From Pseudomonadota bacterium (GTDB lineage Bacteria > Bdellovibrionota_B > Oligoflexia > Oligoflexales > CAIYRB01), in contig JANOTL010000135.1 of the NCBI GenBank assembly GCA_031416315.1, forward strand, positions 1 through 25,349: DNA of 25,349 nucleotides. The letters are read 5' to 3'. Shown piece after piece: positions 9,803-18,911 of this stretch. Made by a program: the position numbers and the translations under genes. Numbering within the stretch: position 1 is the first letter of the stretch; each line of letters begins with the position of its first letter. Under the pieces are notes generated by a model. That model saw only the letters and a list, made by a program, of their open reading frames with translations, did not search any database and had not been told where the DNA came from.

Positions 9803-10487
9803 GGATCAAGGATTCCCAGGCGGCGGGGGGCGGCGCGGAGGCGGTGAGCACTTCTTTGGAGATCGGATGGGTGAAGCTGACGTGCCGCGCGTGCAACGCG
9901 ATCGCCTGGTCGAACTCGCGGCTCGCGCCGTACTTCAAGTCGCCGACGATCGGGAAGCCGCGCGAGGCAAGCTGCACGCGGATCTGGTGGCTCCTGCCGG
10001 TGAGCGGGCGCACCTCGACGAGGGAAAGCCCGTTCTGGTGCGTGATGCGGCGCATCGCCAGCGTGCACGGTTTGGCTTCAGGCGTGCGCGGGGCGACGCA
10101 GCGCACGACGTTCGTGCGGTGGTCTTTCAGGAGCCAGTCCTCGAAGATCGCCTCCGCCTCAGGCGCAAGGCAGTCCGGGTCCTCGACGATGGCGAGGTAG
10201 GTCTTGCGGATCTTGCCTTCTCGAAACTGCTCGGCGAGGCGCGCGGCCGCCTTGCTCGAGCGCGCGAACATGACGACGCCCGAGACCGGCCGATCGAGCA
10301 TGTGGAGCGGCGCGAGGTAGCCGGTCTTGCCCTCGGCCTGCGTCGCGGCGTTCCAGGCGCGGGCGCAGTTGATCAAAGTCTCGTCGCCGGTCTTGTCGGA
10401 CGCCGTCAGCATGCGCGCCGGCTTCACGACGACGAGGCAGTGACGATCGCAGTAGGCGATCTCGAGATTTGGGGGGGTGGGCGGCAT
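9786..10487 (-). CDS. RluA family pseudouridine synthase
   Basis: VVVKPA, LHMLDRPVSG, KTYLAIV, TGRSHQIRVQL, PIVGDLKYG, LHA motifs. Confidence 0.92.
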   Translation of the reverse strand: MPPTPPNLEIAYCDRHCLVVVKPARMLTASDKTGDETLINCARAWNAATQAEGKTGYLAPLHMLDRPVSGVVMFARSSKAAARLAEQFREGKIRKTYLAIVEDPDCLAPEAEAIFEDWLLKDHRTNVVRCVAPRTPEAKPCTLAMRRITHQNGLSLVEVRPLTGRSHQIRVQLASRGFPIVGDLKYGASREFDQAIALHARHVSFTHPISKEVLTASAPPPAAWESLIHVQKT

Positions 10488-11800
10488 TACGGGATGTCGG
10501 CGTCCTTGACCTCGAAGCAGCGCTTATCCGCGTGCGTGAGGTCGATGAAATACTCGGGAGCGAGGCGTTTGCACAAGTCGCCGATCGGCAGGCTCAAGCG
10601 GGGTTTGCCCGGGCCGGCGTCCAGGATGAGCTCGAGCCGGGCCTGATGCGGCAAAATCCGCTTCAGAACGGCGGCATCGGCATCCCCAGAGCGGTCGCCG
10701 AGGGAGAATTGGGCGCCGCGGGCCGCGTCCTTGCCGACGGGCTTCCAGGCGGCGACGAAGGCGAGCGTCTCCTTGTCGTAGACGTTCCACGTCAGCTCGT
10801 CGGGAAGCGCCGCGAGGGCCGCATCGCTGATCTTGGTCTCGTAGCTGAGCTGCCAGGAGAGCTGGCCGTCGTAGCCGTAGACCGCCGAGAAGGCGAGGGC
10901 GCCGTCATCGCGCGGGGCCGAGACCTCGAGGGTCTGGCGCAGGCCGTTCAGGGCCGGGCCGTCGACCGGCTCAGGAAAGAGCGTGAGCTTGGCGATCTTC
11001 AGAGTCGCAGCGCTCGCGGAAAAGTCGACGGCACAGGCGGGATCGCTCGCGAGCTTCACGGCCTCGCCGCGGCCGAGCCTAGCGGCGGCTTCGGCGGCAA
11101 CGGCCGCGGACGCCTCGATCCAGGCCGACTGAATCACGATGCCGCGCACGTTCTGCTGCACGCGCAGCGTCGCTTTCCCGCTTGAGGCCGCGTCGTCGAT
11201 GGCAAAGAAGAAGAAGTGCTCGGCATCGGCGGTCACGTCGTTTTTCAGGGTTTTCGCCGCTGTGACGACGCAACCTTCGGCCGCGCTCGGCACCGCCACG
11301 AGCTGGATTCCTGCCGTCTCGGGGAGCCGGCTCGGTACCCCGCCGTTCCCGCCAGAAGTGGTTCCGCCACTCCCGGTAGTTGTCCCCACAGTCGTGGACG
11401 TGCCTGACGTACTAGACGTGCCTGTGCCCGTGCCCGTCGCACTAGACGTGCCTGCGCCCGTGCCCGTCGCACTAGTCGTGCCCGTGCCCGTCGTCGTAGA
11501 CGTAGACGTAGTGGTCGACGTGCCCGTACCCGTGCCGATGCCCGATCCACCGGTCATCCCCGACCCTGCTCCACCCTCCGTCGCGGTCCCGCCTTCGGTC
11601 GTCCCGGGCACACTCCCGTTGCCGCTGTCGGTGGCGCCGCCGGCGTCAGCCGTCGTCCCGCCTGCAGCAGCAGCATCCGGCGCCGGCTTCGGCCCCTTAC
11701 CACGCCCGCCGCCCCCGCTCTTGCCGCCACAAGCCGCCGCGACCCAAGTCAGCGCGACCATCGCCAGCAATAACGGCACCAAACCCGCATGGGACTTCAT
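10487..11800 (-). CDS. Putative lipoprotein with long Gly/Thr/Ser-rich linker and unknown C-terminal domain
   Basis: Lipobox VAAAC, GAGGT RBS, about 130-aa low-complexity linker; TAATG overlap with the RluA gene. Confidence 0.85.
   Translation of the reverse strand: MKSHAGLVPLLLAMVALTWVAAACGGKSGGGGRGKGPKPAPDAAAAGGTTADAGGATDSGNGSVPGTTEGGTATEGGAGSGMTGGSGIGTGTGTSTTTSTSTTTGTGTTSATGTGAGTSSATGTGTGTSSTSGTSTTVGTTTGSGGTTSGGNGGVPSRLPETAGIQLVAVPSAAEGCVVTAAKTLKNDVTADAEHFFFFAIDDAASSGKATLRVQQNVRGIVIQSAWIEASAAVAAEAAARLGRGEAVKLASDPACAVDFSASAATLKIAKLTLFPEPVDGPALNGLRQTLEVSAPRDDGALAFSAVYGYDGQLSWQLSYETKISDAALAALPDELTWNVYDKETLAFVAAWKPVGKDAARGAQFSLGDRSGDADAAVLKRILPHQARLELILDAGPGKPRLSLPIGDLCKRLAPEYFIDLTHADKRCFEVKDADIP
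11411..11496. repeat. 30-bp coding tandem repeat
   Basis: ACTAGACGTGCCTG(T/C)GCCCGTGCCCGTCGC at 11411-11440 and 11441-11470 plus a degenerate third copy. Confidence 0.85.
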
Positions 11801-11900
11801 GGCTCACCTCATGAAATTCTTGGAAATCTAGGCGGGAGCACCATGCGTTTATATCATTCTAACGACCCTATAAGTCAACCCGAGTTTTCATAGAAACATA

Positions 11901-11927
11901 CGTCAAATCAACCAGTTTCTTTTGACG
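11901..11927. promoter_or_regulatory. Inverted repeat, candidate operator in AT-rich divergent intergenic region
   Basis: CGTCAAA-N13-TTTGACG; a second dyad CGTTGC-N14-GCAACG lies at 11987-12012. Confidence 0.35.
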
Positions 11928-12048
11928 CGCCGCAGGCTCGCGACAAGGCGTGAGAACCGATTAAGTCCCGAATAATAGGTACCTACGCGTTGCTTGCACA
12001 TTGCACGCAACGTCACCCGCGCCCCATCCTTTTTCGAGGTCACTAAAG

Positions 12049-12424
12049 TTGACGACTTGGCACACGTTCGGCGCTCTCGCCCTCATCTTCGCGGCCGTGC
12101 CCACGGCCGGTGCCGCGTCCCTGACCTATGAAGCGGCGTTGATGCTCGCTATGGCCCGCTCCCTCGACGCCCGGCGCGCAGCGCTTGCGATCGAGCTCGC
12201 CACGGTCGACCGCGCCTTCGTCGACTACGAGACCGACCCTCTTCGGCCTAGTCATCTTCGACGCGGCGCGCGACCTTTACGCTGGCGTCGGCATGATCCT
12301 CTTATGCGGTATCGTCGCGAAGAACTCGATCTTGCTCGTCGCCTTCGCGCTGCAGAAATCTCAAAAAGCACCTTCGGTCCGAGAGCGGCCGTTACGATCA
12401 TCGCACCGAATCCAAAGGCAATGA
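12049..12424 (+). pseudogene. Chimeric remnant: TolC-like 5' fragment joined out of frame to an RND (AcrB-family) permease C-terminal fragment
   Basis: GAGGT RBS, TTG 12049, signal peptide then LTYEAALMLAMARSLDARRA; from 12236 in the next frame LFGL...DLYAGVGMILLCGIVAKNSILLVAFALQK, matching the AcrB GLxAKNAILIVEFA helix. Confidence 0.75.
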
Positions 12425-12550
12425 GGAGGATCCTCCTGGTCCGCTTTGATCTCGGGTGAGCCATCAAAATGCTCCGAGAGTCATGCGAATCAACTCGTCG
12501 ATCGAGGGGCTGGCGGGGAAAGGGTTCCTGATGACCCCGAGCCGAGCAAC

Positions 12551-13993
12551 TTAGCGCCGCACCCCGATCCCACGCTCGATCCGCTCGAAATCCAGAGACG
12601 AGAGCTTGGCGCTTTCGCCGCACTTCGGGGCGCCCCCCGTCGCGCCGCCGACGCCGCAGAGAGACGTGCCTTCGTAGTAGAAGGCGAGGATCTGCTTGAA
12701 ATCCCAGCTTTTCTGCTTCGCCAGCTCCTTGGCGCCCTTCTGCCCCATGCCGACCCCGTGGCCGGCGCCCTTGCCGTCGACCTTCAGATCCCCATTGGCG
12801 AGCACGGTCACGGTAAAGAGGCTGCTGCGTGCCGCGACCGCCTTCTTGAAGGTCGCGACGTCGACCGTCTTCGTCGTCCCGTCGTCGAGCACCACGCCTA
12901 CGGCACGCGCACGTCCGCTCGCGGTCTTTTGCGCGGCGTCGATCGTCACGCCCTTCACCTTGCGCCCCGCCGCGAGGCCGAGCTTCTTGGCGACGTCGGC
13001 CGCCGTCGCGGTCTTCGTCCACTCGGTCTTCGTCCCGGCTGGATCGTGCGCCTCCTTCTTTGGCTTGAGGTAAGGCGCGTCGAGGCTGAAGACTTCCATC
13101 GACCCTTCCGTGAAGCCACCCGCGTCGGTGCTGAAGAAGGCGAGCACGACGCGGCTCGAATGCGAAAGGGCCATCCGCGCCGTCGCGATCAAAGCTTCAT
13201 CGGTCGGCGCCACCGCGTTCGTGAGCCCAGTGTAAACCTGGAAGAACGGCGTGTCGTCGACGTCGAAGACGCGCGGCGTCCTGGCTGGATAGTATTTGTT
13301 GTGCGCTACGTTGTAGTACGCGTAGGTGCGCGACGCGACGGCTTGCGCTTTCAGGGTCTCTGCCGGCCACGAGGGGATCACTTCGGAAGGCAAGACCCCA
13401 CGCAGGTACGTCTCCATCGGTACGGCGTTGACGAGCTCGACGACCGCGCCGACGGCATGGGCGTAGAATGAGCCGGCGTAGCGCCACGCCGTCACGCCCG
13501 GGCCGCGATCGACCGTCGCCGGCTCGCCGCATTCGATCCAGAGTGGCTCGCGCAAGCCCGCGACCGTGAGATCGAAACGTGTCTTGGTCTCCAGGACCTT
13601 GCCGTCGGCCTTGGCCACGACGCCCTTGACGCCGCGGTACGCTTTGCACGCGCCGACGACCGAAACCTGATCGAGCCGCTCCTTGCCGCCGTTCCAGGGA
13701 TCGCCCTTCAGATGCGGATAGATCCGCACGTGGATCAGGTCCTGGCCCTTGGCGTCGCGCGGCAGGGTGGGGAAGGGGAGGAGCGCGCGCTTCGGCTCCG
13801 ATCCGCTTGGTGGCTCCGCCGGGGCCGCGGCCGCGGCGCGGGGAGACGCGCTAGGCGCTTCGGTCGGGGTCGCGGCCGAAACCGGCGCCGCTCCCGCCGC
13901 CGGCTTCGCCGCCGCCGCATGCCCGCGCCGCCGATGCACGCAGCCTGCTTCTGCGACGCCTACGAGGGCGATCGCCAACAAGACGAGTCTCAT
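12551..13993 (-). CDS. SpoIID/LytB domain protein (lytic transglycosylase-like), probable lipoprotein
   Basis: ETYLRGVLPSEV, WPAETLKAQAVASRTYA, FQVY, GAGHGVGMGQKGA, ILAFYY; start ATG 13993 with signal ending EAGC, ATGA overlap with upstream gene. Confidence 0.92.
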   Translation of the reverse strand: MRLVLLAIALVGVAEAGCVHRRRGHAAAAKPAAGAAPVSAATPTEAPSASPRAAAAAPAEPPSGSEPKRALLPFPTLPRDAKGQDLIHVRIYPHLKGDPWNGGKERLDQVSVVGACKAYRGVKGVVAKADGKVLETKTRFDLTVAGLREPLWIECGEPATVDRGPGVTAWRYAGSFYAHAVGAVVELVNAVPMETYLRGVLPSEVIPSWPAETLKAQAVASRTYAYYNVAHNKYYPARTPRVFDVDDTPFFQVYTGLTNAVAPTDEALIATARMALSHSSRVVLAFFSTDAGGFTEGSMEVFSLDAPYLKPKKEAHDPAGTKTEWTKTATAADVAKKLGLAAGRKVKGVTIDAAQKTASGRARAVGVVLDDGTTKTVDVATFKKAVAARSSLFTVTVLANGDLKVDGKGAGHGVGMGQKGAKELAKQKSWDFKQILAFYYEGTSLCGVGGATGGAPKCGESAKLSSLDFERIERGIGVRR

Positions 13994-14460
13994 GGCTGGA
14001 GCTTCCCTTCGGTGCCGAACCGGATGTCGGCTTTGAGCGTGCGCAAGGAGAGCGCGAGGTCTTGGATGAACAAGGCCATCGCGATGATCAAGGCGACGAT
14101 CGAGGCGACGAAGAACACCACCGGCGCCTTGCCGACCGGCGCATTCGCCATCGTCCCGGCGAAGAGCAGGAACATCGTCATCGACACGCAGAAGATGCTG
14201 CTCGCCGCCATGATGATGATCGCGCGCAGGAGCCTCGCGCGAGAAAACAGCGAGCGGATCTCCCACTCGTGATGCTTTGCCAGGCGCTCGTCTCCGCGTT
14301 GGGTCTGCGACTCGCGCAAGACGACGCGCACGCGGTCGATCACGCGGCCGTACCGGGTCGTCATCGTGTTCAAGACGGCCGCGACGCCCGTAATCAGGAA
14401 GACGGGCGCCAAGACGGAAGCCATGGCCCGTACGGTTTCGTTGAGTTCGTTCGAATCCAT
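13990..14460 (-). CDS. DUF2721 family membrane protein
   Basis: LAPVFLITGVAAVLNTMTTRYGRVIDRVR signature, three hydrophobic segments, GGAGG RBS. Confidence 0.88.
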   Translation of the reverse strand: MDSNELNETVRAMASVLAPVFLITGVAAVLNTMTTRYGRVIDRVRVVLRESQTQRGDERLAKHHEWEIRSLFSRARLLRAIIIMAASSIFCVSMTMFLLFAGTMANAPVGKAPVVFFVASIVALIIAMALFIQDLALSLRTLKADIRFGTEGKLQP

Positions 14461-14527
14461 GCCTCCATGGTAGTGGCAGAGGCCGAGCGCTGCCAGTAAT
14501 TTTCCTTAGGTTTCAGACGCTTGGGTG

Positions 14528-14547
14528 TTTTCACGGGTTTTTCACGG
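14528..14547 (+). promoter_or_regulatory. cre-tag-like OmpR-family binding site
   Basis: TTTTCACGG repeated with 11-bp period; core TTCAC-GGGTTT-TTCAC at 14530-14545 equals the CreB site TTCACn6TTCAC. Confidence 0.65.
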
Positions 14548-14610
14548 CTTTGCCGCCGCGCCGGCTTCGGCCGGTCGTCGATCCGCCACGACCGGGGTCG
14601 ATAAGGGATC

Positions 14611-16122
14611 ATGTCCCGCACCGGAGTTGCCCTCGTGACCGTGGCCGCCAAACAATCCGTCGTTCCGGCTCTCCTTGTTGCCTGGGCCTTCGCGGCCGCG
14701 CCGACGCTGCTTTGGCTCGTGCGGTCGAGCGTCGCCTCGGACGGGCGCCTGTTGGCATTGGGCTCGGCCCTGCTCGTCGCGACTGGCATGATGCTCCGCC
14801 GGGCTGATCGCGGGCGGTCAAACGCGGCATCGATCTCCGTCACCACGGCCGCGACCTCCACGTCTCTCTTTCCCTTCGTCCTTCTCCTCGCCGGACTCGC
14901 CTTCGCGCTCCTCGTTCGCCGCACGATCGCGTTTCACTCTTTGGAAGCACTCGGCGTCGGCCTCGCGACCTACGGCGCTTTAGGCCTCGTCCTCTCGCGC
15001 GCCGCGTTCCGTCGCGCTCTGCCGCTCGCGCTCCTCCTCGCCACGGTCCTGCCGATGGGCGGGCACCTCGAGACGCACCTGGGGTTTCCGCTGCGCGCGA
15101 AGACGGCCGAGCTCGTCGCAAGCCTGCTTTCGCAGCTCGGCTACGCCGTCGCGACGAGCGAGACGATCCTCGTCGTCGAAAACCACGCGGCACAAGTCGA
15201 TCTCCCGTGCAGCGGCATGAAAAGCCTCTGGGCGGGCCTTCTCTTCTTCTTCGGGGCCAGCGTCGTCCACCGCGTCCGCGTCGGGATCGTCTGGCTCGCG
15301 ACCCTGGCCGGATTCACCTTCGCCCTGGTCGCCGCCAATGCTGTGCGCGTCGCGGCGCTCAGCATTCTGGCGCTCGTCGTCAAAAATCCCGTGCTGACCG
15401 AGACCGTGCATGCGCCGCTCGGCATCCTCGCATTCCTCGTCGCCGGCCTTCTCGCGGTCGCGACGTTGCGCCTCCTTCCGGCCGAGAGCGCACGCTCCGT
15501 CGTGGGAAGGCCCTCGCCACGCAAGTTGCCGCTCTTCGCCGCCGCCGTCGTCTTCGGCCTCTTCGCCTTGGTCCCGACGCGCACCATCGCGAAAGTCGAG
15601 ACCGACCTCGGCTTCGCCTATCAGCCGCCGGCCTCGTTGAGCGTCACGCCTGAGGCGATGAGCGCCGTCGAGCAAAGCTTTTTGAAGGCTCAAGGCGCCT
15701 CCTACTCGGGCAAATGGCGGTTCGCGACGCCGGAAGGGCTGACCGGGAGCTTTCTCATCGTCGTTGCTCGCACCTGGCGCGCGCAGCACCCGCCGGAGCA
15801 ATGCCTCGCCGGCGCCGGCAACGCCGTGGCGGGCGTCTCGACCGAGCTCCTCGCCGCCGATTTCCCGCTCCGCGTCGTCTCCTTCGCCAACCAAGGCGCT
15901 CGCGCGATGTACTGGTTCGAGAGCGCCGAGTCCCGCACGGCGGACTACGGCGCTCGGGTCTTCGACGGCATCCTCGCCGCCGGCCGCGGCGCCGCGCCCG
16001 CCTGGGCGATGATCTCCGTCTTGTTCGACCAGCCCGTGAACCCGCACGAAGGCGCCGTCACCGCCGTCGCCCGCGCGCTCTCCACTTCGACCGCCGCTCA
16101 GCTGAAGGAGATTTCCCCATGA
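14611..16122 (+). CDS. xrtO: Exosortase O
   Basis: Multi-pass membrane protein with VDLPCSG (Cys), ANAVR (Arg), HAPLG (His) and a C-terminal extension containing HPPEQC; adjacent to a TIGR02921-type target. Confidence 0.88.
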   Translation: MSRTGVALVTVAAKQSVVPALLVAWAFAAAPTLLWLVRSSVASDGRLLALGSALLVATGMMLRRADRGRSNAASISVTTAATSTSLFPFVLLLAGLAFALLVRRTIAFHSLEALGVGLATYGALGLVLSRAAFRRALPLALLLATVLPMGGHLETHLGFPLRAKTAELVASLLSQLGYAVATSETILVVENHAAQVDLPCSGMKSLWAGLLFFFGASVVHRVRVGIVWLATLAGFTFALVAANAVRVAALSILALVVKNPVLTETVHAPLGILAFLVAGLLAVATLRLLPAESARSVVGRPSPRKLPLFAAAVVFGLFALVPTRTIAKVETDLGFAYQPPASLSVTPEAMSAVEQSFLKAQGASYSGKWRFATPEGLTGSFLIVVARTWRAQHPPEQCLAGAGNAVAGVSTELLAADFPLRVVSFANQGARAMYWFESAESRTADYGARVFDGILAAGRGAAPAWAMISVLFDQPVNPHEGAVTAVARALSTSTAAQLKEISP

Positions 16123-18911
16123 GTCAGCTCCGTGAAACCGCCGTCTTGCCCGCCGCGCTCAGTCCGGCCGGGCTCCGCCTGGGGGCAGCGCGCCTCGTCT
16201 CCTGGATCTTTTGGTCCTGGAACGTCATCTTCCTGATCTTCGCGACCTTCGGGCTCGGGCCGACGGTGCTCGTGCACTTGATCGGCGGCGCCGTGCGCGG
16301 CGAGGTCGCGCCGGATTTCGCGGTCATCGCCTCCTTGCTCGCGTTGACGCCGCCGATCGCGATCATCCTCGCCGTGCGCCGCGCCAAGGGCCGTCCGTTG
16401 GCGCTCCTGCGGCTCTTCTACGGCTTCGAGGCGATGCTGATGTTTCTCTGCATCTTCCGCCTCTTCGTCTTCCGCGAGCTGACGCCCGCGACGATGCAGC
16501 TGGCGGTCCTCGCCGTGCTCGCCGTCGCCGCGGTCCTGATCCACACGCTGAATCCGCGGCTGCCGCAGTCGCGCGTCGGCTCCGGGCTCAGGCTCGCGAT
16601 GCACGCGGGCCACGCGCTCGGCACGCTCTATCTCGGAGTTCTGGGACTCTTCTTCGTGCCGCCCGCCGCCTTCGCGGTTTCGGAGCTCTTGCTCAAGCTA
16701 CCGGCCTCGATCTGGCGTGAGCTCAGCTACATTTCGCTGTCGCAGGTTTTTTTCGCCGGCGTCGGCATCCCGCTCTTCGCCTATTCGGCGACGTTGATGC
16801 TCGGCCTACCCTTGGCCGCGGCCGTCCTCGGCTTCATCGACGTGCGCTCCGTGGCTAAAGCGCACAGCCATCGTTTCGGCAAGCTCTCGACCGCGCTCGT
16901 CGTCTTCGCCGTCCTCGGCGTGAACGCCGCATGGTTCATCTACGCGAATCGCCAGCCTCAGGCCGAGGCCTTCTCACTGCTGGAAAAGCCAGCGACCGAC
17001 TCGGAGGACCGGGCTCGGCTCTTGCGCCAGGCGCCCAAGCTAAAAGAAGGCCTGCTGAATGCGTACCTCGCCTCCTACCGCTATCTCGCCACGGAAGGCG
17101 AGGCGAACGGCGTGACCCGCATGTACACGGATCTGGGCATGGACACGCCGAAAGCCGAAGGCGTTCAGGCGGCGTTCAACTCGGTGGCACGCCCTTTCAT
17201 CTATCAAGGCAAGAACACGTTCGACGACGCGCGAAAAGCCGAAAAGGCCTATGAAAGCTTTTTCGACGAGCCGATCCAAAAGGCCGAGCGCGACCGCATC
17301 GTCCACGCGCTGCGCTCGACGTACGAAGGCACGAGCGCCGAAGCCGGCCTGCTCGACCGCGACGCCGAGATCGTGCTCGTCGAGAAACAGGACGTCTCCG
17401 TCGTCGAGAGCGAAAGCGGCGAGACCGCAGAGGTGGAAATCCACGAAGCCTATCTCAACACCAAGGCGGCCCAGCAAGAGGTGCTCTATCACTTCACCAT
17501 GCCGGAGGGCGCCGTGATCACGGGCCTCTGGCTCGGAGATACCGAGGATCGCGCCCGCCGCTTTCCGTATGCCGTCGCGCCCAAAGGCGCCGCGCAGAAG
17601 GTTTATCGCCAGGAATTGGCGGCGCGGCAGGATCCGGCCCTTCTGGAGCAGGTCGGCCCTTCGAGCTACCGGCTACGGATTTTCCCGATCCCGAGCCGTT
17701 TCTCGCGGCCGGAGAACGAAGTGCCGCGGCTTCACATGTGGCTGACGTACAGGACCTTGCGCGACGAAAGCGGCAATTGGCCCTTGCCGCGCCTGGTCGA
17801 AAAGCGCAACGCCTTCTGGAAGCGCGGCGGCGACTGGCTCGTCCCGAGCATAGGCGCGACCAAGCCCGCGCCCGTCGCCACGGCGCGCCGTATCGCCATC
17901 CCGACCGAGACGACGCCGGTCGCGATCGACCTAGCGCCGCGCGCGAAGTTCGACCTCGCCCCGCTCGCCGGTCTGCGCATCGCCGTCGTCGTCGACCGCT
18001 CGCTCAGCATGCGACGTCACGAGAAGGAGCTGGCAAAGGCATTGGCGGCGGTCGAGGCGCAAGCGACGGCCGCGCGCTTCGTGGCCGAATACGTCCTGAC
18101 GGGTTACGACACGAAGCTTCTCGCGGCCGGCAATTTGCCCTCGTTCGAGGACGTTCGCGCGTTCGGATCCGTCGCGCCGATGGCGGCGCTGGCGCAAGCG
18201 CGCGACGCGCTGAGGGACAAGAAGATCGCGGCCCTCCTGTTCCTGACCGACGACAGCGGCCACGAGCGTCGTGACGCGCCCGTCGCCTGGGTCGAGGATT
18301 TTCCCGTCTTCCTCGTCCATGTCGGCGACGATGCTCCCGAAGCGTACGACGACCGCTTGCTCGAGGCGATGTGGCGCCACCGCGGCGGCGCGGTCACCGG
18401 CGGCGGCGGCGTCGAGGAGGCACTATCCCGCATCGCCGCGCAGCGCGCCGACCCGGAGGTCGTCGGATTCGACCGCCGCTACGTCTGGCGCGAGCCGAGG
18501 AAAGCCGCTGCCGGGGCCGAGCTCGTGCCCGAGCTCTCCGCCCTCGGCGCCGCCCGGCTGATCCGCGGCCGCTTGGCCGAGCCCGACGCCAGGAGCTCCG
18601 CCAAGCTCGCCCTCGTCCACTCGCTGGCGACGAAAAACTCGCTGGTGACGCCGGTCTCGTCGATGCTCGTCCTCGTGAATGACGCCCAAAGGGCGCGCCT
18701 CGCCGCCGCCGCCAGCGCCGCGGATGCCTTCGAAACCACGCCGGAAACCGGGAAAGAAGCGATGTCGACGCCCTTCGGCGGCGCTTCGGTCTCGGCGACG
18801 CCGGAGCCGGAGGAATGGCTCCTCATCGTTCTCGCCTTCGGCCTGATGGTGTATGCCTATCGGCGCAACCCGCAGCTCCTGCGGGCGCACGTGAGGCGCG
18901 GCCTGTTTTGA
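16119..18911 (+). CDS. PEP-CTERM integral membrane protein (TIGR02921-type) with VIT and vWA-like domains
   Basis: AAGGAG RBS and ATGA overlap at 16119; 930 aa; N-terminal TM block, QQEVLYHFTMPEGAVITGLWL, DPALLEQVGP, VVDRSLSM, C-terminal TPEPEEWLL + TM + RR. Confidence 0.92.
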   Translation: MSQLRETAVLPAALSPAGLRLGAARLVSWIFWSWNVIFLIFATFGLGPTVLVHLIGGAVRGEVAPDFAVIASLLALTPPIAIILAVRRAKGRPLALLRLFYGFEAMLMFLCIFRLFVFRELTPATMQLAVLAVLAVAAVLIHTLNPRLPQSRVGSGLRLAMHAGHALGTLYLGVLGLFFVPPAAFAVSELLLKLPASIWRELSYISLSQVFFAGVGIPLFAYSATLMLGLPLAAAVLGFIDVRSVAKAHSHRFGKLSTALVVFAVLGVNAAWFIYANRQPQAEAFSLLEKPATDSEDRARLLRQAPKLKEGLLNAYLASYRYLATEGEANGVTRMYTDLGMDTPKAEGVQAAFNSVARPFIYQGKNTFDDARKAEKAYESFFDEPIQKAERDRIVHALRSTYEGTSAEAGLLDRDAEIVLVEKQDVSVVESESGETAEVEIHEAYLNTKAAQQEVLYHFTMPEGAVITGLWLGDTEDRARRFPYAVAPKGAAQKVYRQELAARQDPALLEQVGPSSYRLRIFPIPSRFSRPENEVPRLHMWLTYRTLRDESGNWPLPRLVEKRNAFWKRGGDWLVPSIGATKPAPVATARRIAIPTETTPVAIDLAPRAKFDLAPLAGLRIAVVVDRSLSMRRHEKELAKALAAVEAQATAARFVAEYVLTGYDTKLLAAGNLPSFEDVRAFGSVAPMAALAQARDALRDKKIAALLFLTDDSGHERRDAPVAWVEDFPVFLVHVGDDAPEAYDDRLLEAMWRHRGGAVTGGGGVEEALSRIAAQRADPEVVGFDRRYVWREPRKAAAGAELVPELSALGAARLIRGRLAEPDARSSAKLALVHSLATKNSLVTPVSSMLVLVNDAQRARLAAAASAADAFETTPETGKEAMSTPFGGASVSATPEPEEWLLIVLAFGLMVYAYRRNPQLLRAHVRRGLF

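Noticed and set aside
11411..11496. 30-bp repeats as mini-CRISPR
   Set aside because: No spacers; they encode the Gly/Thr linker.
12001..12459. 152-aa ORF as an intact gene
   Set aside because: Protein-like sequence moves to another frame near 12236; better explained as a pseudogene.
13994..14266. N-terminal extension of the SpoIID ORF
   Set aside because: Overlaps the DUF2721 gene; the signal peptide begins at 13993.
15714..16118. N-terminal extension of the PEP-CTERM protein
   Set aside because: Lies inside xrtO; RBS and ATGA coupling indicate 16119.
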